Shown here one piece after another: positions 37,365-48,300 of a stretch of DNA of 64,000 nt. The notes below the pieces were generated by a model. It made no database searches. It was not told the origin of the DNA and worked only from the letters and a program-made list of their open reading frames with translations. How positions within the stretch are numbered: position 1 is the first letter of the stretch; every line of letters begins with the position of its first letter. The stretch is from Dendrobates tinctorius. Lineage: Eukaryota. A program made the position numbers and the translations under genes. The stretch spans positions 8,742,001 to 8,806,000 of the forward strand of contig NW_027361840.1 of assembly GCF_039654945.1 (NCBI RefSeq). The letters are read 5' to 3'.

Positions 37365-38225
37365 GCTGCCTGGTTCCCCACTGGTCTCTGTACCTCCTCT
37401 TATTGAGCCCCGCAGCACCTCTAATAACTCTGCCTGGTTCCCCGCTGGTCTCTGTACCTCCTCTTATTGAGCCCCGCAGCACCTCTAATAACACTGCCTG
37501 GTTCCCCGCCGGTCTCTGTACCTCCTCTTGTTGAGCCCCGCAGCACCTCTAATAACACTGCCTGGTTCCCCGCCGGTCTCTGTACCTCCTCTTATTGAGC
37601 CCCGCAGCACCTCTAATAACACTGCCTGGTTCCCCGCCGGTCTCTGTACCTCCTCTTATTGAGGCCTGCAGCACCTCTAATAACGCTGCCTGGTTCCCCG
37701 CTGGTCTCTGTACCTCCTCTTATTGAGCCCCGCAGCACCTCTAATAACACTGCCTGGTTCCCCGCCGGTCTCTGTACCTCCTCTTATTGAGGCCTGCAGC
37801 ACCTCTAATAACGCTGCCTGGTTCCCCGCCGGTCTCTGTACCTCCTCTTATTGAGCCCCGCAGCACCTCTAATAACGCTGCCTGGTTCCCCGCCGGTCTC
37901 TGTACCTCCTCTTATTGAGCCCCGCAGCACCTCTAATAACGCTGCCTGGTTACCCGCCAGTGTCTGTACCTCCTCTTATTGAGGCCTGCAGCACCTCTAA
38001 TAACGCTGCCTGGTTCCCCGCTGGTCTCTGTACCTCCTCTTATTGAGCCCCGCAGCACCTCTAATAACACTGCCTGGTTCCCCGCCGGTCTCTGTACCTC
38101 CTCTTATTGAGCCCCGCAGCACCTCTAATAATGCTGCCTGGTTCACCGACGGTCTCTGTACCTCCTCTTATTGAGCCCCGCAGCACCTCTAATAACGCCT
38201 GGTTCCCCGCCGGTCTCTGTACCGC
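37365..38225. repeat. 64-bp tandem repeat (about 13 copies)
   Basis: Unit CTGCCTGGTTCCCCGCCGGTCTCTGTACCTCCTCTTATTGAGCCCCGCAGCACCTCTAATAACA. Confidence 0.96.
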
Positions 38226-38495
38226 CTCTCCTGGCCGTATAGATATGTTACCTCTGCAGCCAGTCACTCCCCAATCAGAGGAAGTCCAGAGACCGGCAGG
38301 AGAGTCGCAGAAAGGTAAGTCTTTGTCACCATTGTTCTTGTGAAAGCTGCAGCCGCCGTACAGATACATGTGAGGACATGGCGGCTTTTGTTAATACATG
38401 AGAGTAACCAGAAATCTTTCTTTATTTCCTATAATAATTACATCTTTTTTCTTTTTTTTTTTTTTTTCCATGTTTTTCTCCTTGAATGACGACAG

Positions 38496-38514
38496 AGAAG
38501 AGGACGACAATGAG
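38496..38514 (+). CDS. setd2: SETD2 19-nt microexon
   Basis: Long U tract, then gacag|AGAAGAGGACGACAATGAG|gtgaga. Phase 2-0 joins ...PT(E) to AKSD... as EEEDDNE, matching mammalian EEEENE. Confidence 0.88.
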
Positions 38515-38669
38515 GTGAGACTCCTAAATCTCATAACTACGTACCTTGATGTAGCCCTTCAGTTCTCAATGCAAATCTGTTATCTGCAATTAGATTCCAG
38601 TTGTTACAAAAATTCCCACTTAGTGTTAGTTGTGATTTATTGTTTTGTAGCATAGTATGGAGGAGTATA

Positions 38670-41600
38670 ATATTTATTTATTATTATAGCGCCATTTATT
38701 CCAATGGTGCTTTACATGTGAGGAGGGGTATACATAATAAAAACAAGGACTATAATCTTAATACAAGTCACGACTGGTCCAGGAGGAGAGAGGACCCTGC
38801 CCACGAGGGCTCACAATCTACAAGGGATGGGTGAGGATACAGTAGGTGAGGGCAGAGCTGATCGTGCAGCGGTTGGGTGGATCGGTGGTTACTGCAGGTT
38901 GTAGGCTTGTCGGAAGAGGTAGGTCTTTAGGTTGCTTTTGAAGGTTTCTATGGTAGGCGAGAGTCTATGTTTGGGTAGAGAGTTCTAGAGTAGGGGGGAT
39001 GCGCGGGAGAAATCTTGTATGCGATTTGTGGGAGGAGGAGATAAGAGGGGAGTACAGGAGGAGATCTTGTGAGGATCAGAGGTTGCGTGCAGGTAAGTAC
39101 CGGGAGACGAGGTCACAGAATTATGGAGGAGACAGGTTGTGGATGGCTTTGTATGCCATGGTTGAAGGGGTTGTCAAGTACTAAGGCAACCCCTTTTAAC
39201 CTTTTTCCACAACAGACGTAATAGTACGGCGATGTCTGACTTCCCCTGTTTGGTGCGGGCTTCGGCCCTGGAGCCCACACCTTTCCAGGCACATGACAGC
39301 TGATCTATACAACTGACATGTGCCTGCAACAGCCGTAGATGGAATCACTATCCAACCGTGGCTGTTAACTAGTTAAAAGCTGCTGTAAATTTCTGACAGC
39401 AGCATATTACAAAAATAAAAATGTAAAAATCATCCCCCTTTTGCCCCATTCAAAATAAAACAATTTAAAAAAAAATCAAATATACACATTTGGTATCACT
39501 GTGTTCAGAATCGCCCGATCTATCAATTTAAAAAAAAAAAAAAATTAACCCGATGGCTAAACAGCGTAACTAGAAAAAACTCAAAATGCCAGAATGACTT
39601 TTGTTTGGTTGCCCCAACATTGCATTAAAATGCACTAATGGGCGATCAAAAGATCGTATCTGCACCAAAATGGTGTCAATAAAAACATCAGTTCAGCGAA
39701 CAAAAAATAAGCCCTCACTCAACCCCAGATCCCGAAAAATGGAGACGCTACAGGTCTTGGAAAATGTTTTTAATTTTTTTTTTTTTTTTTTTAAATCAAA
39801 CTTTGGAATTTTTTCCACCACTTAAATAAAAAAAGAACCTAGACATGTTTGATGTCTGTAAACTCGTAATAACCTGGAGGATCATAATGGCAGGTCAGTT
39901 TTAGCATTTAGTAAATATGGTAAAAAAGCTGTGGAATTGCACTTTTTTTTGGAATTTTTTTCCCGTTTTCCAGTACACAATATGTTAAAAGCAATGGTGT
40001 CGTTTGAAAGTACAACTCGTCCCACAAAAAACAAGCCATATTGACCGAAAAATAAAAAAAGTTATGGCTCTGGAAAGGAGGGGTCGCAAAATTCAAAATA
40101 CCTCTGGTCGTGAAGGGGTTAAATGTTCACCCTCAATAAAATAACGCTTATCCTCTCCTCCCATGCCGGTTCCGTTCCTGGGGCTGTGATGCGGTGTTGT
40201 GACATATATCGCTGGTGCCCAATCAGCGCTGGCGTCATTGTCTCCACCTTTGGACAACCTGACATGAAGAGGAAGCCGGGGATCAGCCGTAGTCCAGACT
40301 TCCTCTTCATGTTCTGCTTGTCCGAAGGTGGAGACAGGGAGGTAAGTATAGGCTTTATTTTATTGGCACCAAACATTTGGTTTAAGGGGGGGTTGTCCTA
40401 GTAGTGGACAATCCCTTTAAGCTTTTGAACTGCACTCTCTGGGAAATTGGGAGCCAGAGAAGGTATTGACAGAGAGGAGAGGCATGGAATAGTGGGTGGA
40501 TAGATGTGTTAGGCAGCAGAGTTTAGGACTGATTGGAGGGGTGCAAGAGTGTTAAAGGGGAGGCCACAGTGCAGGAGGTTGCAGTAGTCGAGGCGGGAGA
40601 TGATGAGGGCAAGCACTAGTATTTTTTTTGCAGATTCTTGGTTCAGGAATGTGCGGATACGGGAAATATTTTCTGTTGTAGTCGGCAGGAGGTAGAAAGG
40701 TCTTGGATATGTGATCTGAAGGTGAGATCAGAGTCCAGGGTTCCCCTGAGGCAACGAGATTGCGGGACTGGGGAGAGAAGGCAGCCATTGACTTTGATGG
40801 ATAGGACGGGTCCGTTGGGGGGTCGAGTGAGATGGGGGGGGGGGGAGATGATGAATTCTGTTTTATCCATATTAAGTTTTAGAAAACTAGCGGAGAAGGA
40901 TGAGTTAGTGGACAGACGTGGGATTCTGGTTAGTAAGGAGGTGATATCAGGTCCAGAGATGTAGATGTTTGTCATCAGCATAGAGGTGATACTGCAAGCG
41001 GTGGGACTCTATCACTCTGAGCTGTTCCAGGCCGAAGGTGTAGATGGAGAAGAGCAGGGGCCCTAAGACTGAATCTTGGGGAAACCAACAGATAGTGGGT
41101 GAGATGAGGAGGTGGTGTGTGAGGGGGAGACGCTGAATATCCGGTTTATTAGGTATGACGAGATCCAAGATAGGGCCAAGTCTGTGATGCCAAGAAATGA
41201 GGGTCTGTAGCAATAGTGAATGGTCCATTTTGTCAAAGTCAGAGGACCGGTACAGGAGGAAGAGGACAGAGTAATATAAAAGGCAGAGTACAGATCCAGG
41301 AGGAGGAGGACAGAGTAATAAAGAAGGCAGAGGACATGTCCAGGAGGAGGAGGGCAGAGTAGTGTTGCTTGGCTTTGGTTTCAGTGAAATTATGGTTTCA
41401 GAAGACAGATTGTAAGCGGTCAGAGGGAGCAGGAGGAGAGGTGGGAAGACAGTTCAAGATGGATGTGTTGTTCCGCTATTTTTGAGGCATAGGGGAGAAA
41501 TAATATGGGGCGATAGCTAGACACACAGCATGGGTTAAGGGAGGGCTTTTTGATGGGATGGGTGTGATCGAGGCATGCTTTAAGCAAGAAGGGAAGACAC

Positions 41601-43000
41601 TAGTTGTTGGTAACAGGTTGAAGACATGGGTTAGGGTTCTAATGAAGACGACTGCGGTTTGGGATGAGGTAGGACGGAATCGGGTCAAGAGAACAAGTTT
41701 TGTGATGTGATCTGGAGAGTAGAGCGGAAAGTTGATCTTTAATGGAGGGAAGCTGGTTTTGGAAGAGATTAGTTATCAGGAGGGGTTTTGGGGACTGTAG
41801 GTCAAAACTTTGTCTGATGTTATCAATCTTCTGCTTGAAGAATGAGCCAAAGTCTTCAGCTGAGAGGAGTGGCTGTTTAGGGTTGTGAGACAGGGAGGAA
41901 ATGAAATATGAGAAGTTTTGTTTTGCAGCAGCGAGTGTGGCCTTGAAAGTAGTGAGGGACTGTTTGAATGTGATGAAGTGCTTGTTGGAGTGTGATCTTT
42001 TCCATCTCCACTCAGCAACCCTGGAAGGCTGCTTCAGTTCTTTAGTCACACTGGTGTGCCAAGGTTGCCTGTTGATTGTGCTTGCTTTGGTATGTGTGGA
42101 GAGGGTAACCGATTTGAGAGCTGCCGCTGTTGTGGAGTGATATGAAGCGGCAGTAGCATCTGCATTGTGTAAGGAACTTATGTCAGCAAGAGGGAGAAGG
42201 TATTCAGAGAGTGAGTGTAAATCAAGGTGTTTTGAGATTTCTGCGATGGTGTGAAAGTTTTAGTGGAGATTGTGCACCTGGAGAGGGAAGGTAATGTAAG
42301 TGAGTTGTGGTCAGAAAAGGGCAGAGGTGAGTTGGAGAGGTTAGATAGGGAGCAGAGGCGGGTGAAGATGAGGTCCAGTGTGTGGCCATCTTTGTGAGTG
42401 GCTGCAGAAGACCATTGCTTGAGACCGAAGGAAGAAGTGAGAGACGCTTAGAGACAGCTGAGTGAGAATTATCAATGGAGATGTTGAAGTCACAAAAGTT
42501 AATAGTAAGGATGTCAGCGGAAAGGAAGTTAAATAGCCAGGTGGTGAAGTGGTCAAAGAGAGGTGGTGGCTGACCCTGGGGGTGGTGAATGACAACCAGT
42601 TGGAAGTTTTAGAAGAAGTAGATGCCCACATAGTGCACCTCCAAAAGACAGAAGGTTAACGGAAGGTGGCAGTGGAATTTGGGTGAAGGAGCAGTTATCT
42701 GACAGGAGAAAACCAACTCCTCCACCATGCTTGCTGATGAGACTGGTGGTGTGGGAAAGGTGGAATTCACCATAAGAAAGTGCAGCTGGAGAGGCTGTGT
42801 CAGAGGGGGTGAGCCAGGTTTTGGTGAGGAATGAAAGTTTGTTAGTAATGAAAAGATCATGGATGTAGGAAAGTTTGTTGCAGACGAGCGAGCGTTCTAC
42901 AGACCTCCTGTTGGCGGGACTGGGGAAGCGGGAGTGGTGCGAATGAGTATAAGGTTAGAAAGGTTGTGGAGATTTTTGTGCACCGGGTTCTATCACTTTT
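38670..43000 (-). mobile_element. L2-type LINE, decayed, interrupted by nested MITEs
   Basis: Minus-strand RT remnants QDSVLGPLLFSIYT, HLYADD, LKLNMDKTE, plus CSLDPIPS and endonuclease remnants; AT-rich 3' tail at about 38670-38690. Confidence 0.85.
39166..40416. mobile_element. TTAA-type (Kolobok/T2-like) MITE containing a piggyBac-like MITE (about 39200-40118)
   Basis: ttga-AGGGGTTGTC ... GACAATCCCT-ttaa; the L2 flanks rejoin across the site; the inner element is ttaacc...gaaggggttaa. Confidence 0.65.
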
Positions 43001-43059
43001 CTATAATGTGATTGAGTCCTGATTCTCCCACTACCAAAAATGATTGACAACTCTACATA

Positions 43060-44830
43060 TATACGCTGGGAAGCCAAGACTCTCTGGCTTCCTCTATAAG
43101 TAGGAGGAGCAGGACTCTCAGGCTGTTTCATGAGTAGGTGGGATGAGGAGGACTCTCAGGGTTTCTCTGAGTAGGGGAGAAGATCAGGATTCTCCAGCTT
43201 TCTTTGTGTGTATGCAGGAGGTGCAGGACTCTCAGGCCTTCTCTGTGGGTAGGCGGGAGGAGCAGGGGGGTCTCATGGCTTCTTTCAGTATGCGAGATGA
43301 TCAGGACTCAGGCTTTCTCTTTGAGTAGGTGGGAAGAGCGGGACTCTCAGGCTTTCTCTATGAGTAGACGGGAAGTGCAGGATTCTCCAGGTTTTCTCTG
43401 TGAGTAGGTGAAATGATCAGGACTCGGGCTTTCTTTGTGAGTAGTTGGGATGAATAGGTCTCAGGCTTTTTCTGTGAGTAGGTGGGATGATCAGGATTCG
43501 GGCTTTCTCTGTGTGTAAGCGGGAAGAGTAGGACTCTCAGGCTTTCTCTGTGTGTAAGCGGGAAGAGTAGGACTCTCAGGCTTTCTCTGTGTGTAAGGGG
43601 GAAGAGTAGGGCTCTCAGGCTTTCTCTGTGTGTAAGCGGGAAGAGTAGGGCTCTCAGGCTTTCTCTGTGTGTAAGCGGGAAGAGTAGGACTCTCAGGCTT
43701 TCTCTGTGTGCAAGCGGGAAGAGTAGGACTCTCAGGCTTTCTCTGTGTGTAAGCGGGAAGAGTAGGACTCTCAGGCTTTCTCTGTGTGTAAGCGGGAAGA
43801 GTAGGACTCTCAGGCTTTCTCTGTGTGTAAGCGGGAAGAGTAGAACTCTCAGGCTTTCTCTGTGTGTAAGCGGGAAGAGTAGGACTCTCAGGCTTTCTCT
43901 GTGTGTAAGCGGGAAGAGTAGGACTCTCAGGCTTTCTCTGTGTGTAAGCGGGAAGAGTAGGACTCTCAGGCTTTCTCTGTGTGTAAGCGGGAAGAGTAGG
44001 GCTCTCAGGCTTTCTCTGTGTGTAAGCGGGAAGAGTAGGACTCTCAGTCTTTCTCTGTGTGTAAGCGGGAAGAGTAGGACTCTCAGGCTTTCTCTGTGTG
44101 TAAGGCCTCTTTCACACTTCAGTTTTTTGCATCAGTTCAAATCCGCCAAAAAGTCATACAAGCGGATCCGTTGTTAACTGATGTGAACGGATGGCACAGG
44201 ATTCGTTTTTAGACGGATCCTGAAAATGCGGAAATTGAGAGAGAGAGAAAGCGAGAGAGAGAGAATTTTTTTTTTTTTTTTGTCCGGCACCCAGAAAGAA
44301 TTTCGGGTTAAATGAGTGTCTGGAGGATCCGCCAGAGGAAAAAACGTTACAAGCTCCCTTTTTAAATCTTTGAGGATGTTGGCGGATCCTCAAAAAAAAC
44401 GGATGCAACGGACAGCAATCCGCCATTAATGCAAGTCAATGGGGAAAAAAACGGATCCTCAAAAAAAATTTGAGGATCCGTTTTTTCAAAACCTGGCGGA
44501 TTGTGACTAATTGTAAAAAACGGAAGTGTGAAAGAGGCCTAAGCGGGAAGAGTAGGACTCTCAGGCTTTCTCTGTGTGTAAGCGGGAAGAGTAGGACTCT
44601 CAGGCTTTCTCTGTGTGTAAGCGGGAAGAGTAGGACTCTCAGGCTTTCTCTGTGTGTAAGCGGGAAGAGTAGGACTCTCAGGCTTTCTCTGTGTGTAAGC
44701 GGGAAGAGTAGGACTCTCAGGCTTTCTCTGTGAGTAGGCAGGATGTGTACTACAGGAGTCTCCAGGCTTTCTCTGTGAGTAGTCAGGACTCGGGCTTTCT
44801 CTGTGATTTAGCAGGAGGAGTAGGACTCTT
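43060..44830. repeat. 39-bp tandem repeat (homogeneous core 43501-44735)
   Basis: Unit GCTTTCTCTGTGTGTAAGCGGGAAGAGTAGGACTCTCAG. Confidence 0.95.
44104..44539. mobile_element. PIF/Harbinger-type MITE inserted in the 39-bp array
   Basis: TAA-GGCCTCTTTCACACTTC ... GAAGTGTGAAAGAGGCC-TAA; same group as 16664-17147. Confidence 0.9.
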
Positions 44831-45394
44831 AGGATTTCTCAGTGTGTAATCTAAGGAAGTGGGACCCTCAGACTTTTTATATATGAGTATTGGGCTTTTT
44901 TCACTGCCTTCCAGCTTTTCACATGAAAATCCAGAAAAATCTTAGAATCTATATATCCTCAAACTCGTCATCTGCCCCTGTTTCCTGTGGTGCTCTTCGA
45001 TAGACCCGACAGAGCTGTTATTAGTAAGATAAGATCAGTATACTCCTGTCATGCAAATATCTGTGCTGCTGTATTTTCCCTTTGTCCATTCACAGGATGA
45101 GGACATGGGCCACTTGGGACCCAGTTACTTCCTGCATCATTGCATCCAATATGTGTATGGAAAATACAGTGAAAAAATATTGCAGCGTGCCCTAGTCTGA
45201 TTGGATTAATGGAGCAGGCGAGGGCTTGGGAGGAGCAGGCGAGGGCTGGGAGGTGCAGGCAGCTGTTACACTCCATCTTGCAGTTTCATTGTGAAGCCTT
45301 GTGAGCCATGTCCGCGTGCATTGGGGGTCTCTGTCCTCTCCGTGTGCATTGCAGGGGTGTGTCCATATCACTCATTGGTTTTCTTCTTTTGTAG

Positions 45395-48300
45395 GCCAAG
45401 AGCGATGGATCGTCAAAAGGGTTTGGAAAATCGGCAGGCGCATTTAAGGGTATTTCCTCAAGTAGATTTCTACCTAAAGGAACCAAATCAAAGGTGAACT
45501 TGGAAGAACAGGGGAGGCAGAAGGTGTCCTTCAGTTTCAGCTTCACAAAAAAAACCTTCCAGAACAGATTACTGACACCTTTAGTCAGCGACAAGCAAAA
45601 TGAGCCGCAGAGTAATCCGCTCGCACTCGGCTCCGCAGAGCAAATCTCAAAGCTCAAGATGGACTTTGTGGAATCTACTGGTGGAGTCATGGAAGTTTCT
45701 CCACCAAAGCCCAAGGTGGAACTGGGAAAAATTCATTTCAAAAAGCATCTTCTAAGCGTTACAAGCAAACTACCAGCACCCCAATCTCCTCCACCCCCAC
45801 CTCCGCCACCTCCTCCTATAATATCTGCCCCCATATCCCACTCACACTCACCCCAAGAGGCACAGATAGAACGCATGAAATCCTCTCCAGATGTTGAAGT
45901 GGTGCCATTTCCAGCAAACACATCTTTCACAAAGTCACCGTTGAAAGAACATACAAGCTCTGCTTCCTCAAAAGAACGGTTATCGCCATCCCCATCATCA
46001 AGCAGAACTGGCACAAAGGAAAGCAGAGAGTGGTCTTTAATTTCTGTTGTAGAAATCCCGAGCACTCAGATGGTCGTCGACAAAGTGGAGACGACTGCGA
46101 TAAAAGAATATTCCCATATTGGGAAGGAAGAGAAGAGTTATACCAGTGTGCAAAGCGTCAAATCTAATCCTAGCCCAGAAAAACCCAGATCCAAATCGTC
46201 TCACTCAGAAACTATAGTTGTTGGCTCAGAGTCTGATGAAGATTCAGTCCAGACCTCCTCCAGCCATCGCTCCCATGAGTTAAAACACGCTTCCAGTAAA
46301 GAAAGGGACTCTAAAAGGTGCTCTATGTCCTTGAGAAGCGAGGACAGTGGGAAGTATACGTCATCAAGATCGAGGTCTGGAAAGGATCAGAAACATTCTG
46401 GTTATTCCAGGTCAGACAGAGACTCCAAATATTCGTCGTCTTATTCTCACTGTAGGTCAGACCGTGAACGCAGGAGAAGCAAATCCCGTTCCAGGTCACG
46501 ATCAAGGTCTAGATCGGACAGAGGTCCAAGAAGTAGCTTATCATTTTCTAGATCTGAACGTTCACATCATTACGAGTCTGAGCGGAGATATCACAGGAGT
46601 TCTCCTTATCGAACGAGATACTCACGCTCCTATGCAGACAGTAGGGCCAGGGACAGTTCTGATTCTGAAGATGATTATCGAAGATCCTATTCCAGACCTA
46701 GCGATTCCCGACATCCTCCATCATCTTCTCATTCTTACAGAGAAACCAGGATGATATCGTCTTCACACTCAAAATACGACAAAGATCTCAAATTCGATTC
46801 TTCGCATTATTCTGATCGCAGAGGAACTACGACGTCCAGCAGAACTGGAAAAGATAGCAAGTCTCCTGCCGGAGAATCTTCTAGGAGAGGTTCTCCTCCA
46901 AAAGAAGCGAACATTAAACATGGGTCCTCACATTGGAGGGTCGAGAACTTAAAGTCCATTTTCCCAAAATCCTCAGATTCCAAATCGGACTCTGTGACTT
47001 CAGGAAGAAAAATTTCTAAATGGGATTTGGAAGAAAGACCGGTCCCGAAAGATGAGCGTAAAACGGTCAAAAAAGATGAAAGTTCCCCATTGAACATACC
47101 CGTCCACAAGAAGGCAGCTTCTCCTCTCTTTTATAGGCATAAGGTGACTTCTACCATCGAAAACAAAATGGTGACTAGTTTTGATCCTAACTTGGAAGAC
47201 ACTGAGCAGTTTATAGATGATCAGCAAAGTAACAGTTCCCCCCGAACCAACGATGATCTCCCCCATGGGCGAGGATGGCATTTCGTTACTCTCAGTTCTA
47301 CGGAAAATTTTCACTCTGAGGATCCGAACGAAACACCCGACTCTGAAAACTGTAATTCAGACGTTCCTGAAATGAGCTTTGATAGCAGTGAAACTGAACA
47401 ACTTGATAAGTCTGATGAGGACCTCGGGGCGCATGCGCTTAGCAGGCTGTATGCCGTCTCAGAAGACGGTGAGAAAATCCCTCCAAGTGAAGCACATCGC
47501 TGTTATGTTACAGTGCATGAAGATTCCATGTCGCCATCAGAGTCAAAAAACCACCTAGAAAGCATTACCAAAGACTCACGTCCTTGTCATGATTCCAACG
47601 AGACGGACTGTAAAACACCGGACCCCGGGGACGAATTCTGTCATTCCACGGGCCGGGAGCAAATCGGTGACAATCACACTTCTGTAATTCACCTTCAGCC
47701 TGAGCCTCGAATAACAAACTTAATTTTGCAAAAGTCCAGTCTAGCTATGAGCTTCTTTGCTGAGCGGGATTTACCTTCTGAAACTACTGCCCCCAAAATC
47801 TGTTATCTACAAAGTACACACAGTGAGGCGCCAGCTGAAGAAACCCCAGAGAAGAACAAAACTAGTGACAAAAATGACTGTGTCCCCAATGAAGTGACTG
47901 TGGGAGAAGTCCTGCCGTCGTCACCACAAGTTTGCAAATCAAAAAATTCTTTAGCGATCAAAAATTCTTCAACAGGTAATGTGGAAGAAAACGAAAAGTC
48001 TTCTGCTTCTCTTGAAATTGCGGCTGAATGGATCGAAGTCCATGTAGAAAATGAGTTTTCCAAGCAGGAGCTCGACACGTGTGAGGTCCTCCACACTGAG
48101 GCAGTGGAGGAGACTATTAATGATGGATCACAGTTACCCTCTGACAGCATGGTGCCGTCCATGAACTTCATCAGCGCCGTCCAGGCGTATTACTCTGACA
48201 GCGAAGAGCGTGAAAGCGCCAATAGTGAATCGGAGGATACAGATTCTGATGACAGTGGCCTCCCCAGGAATCGTTTGCAATCGGTCGTGGTGGTTCCTAA

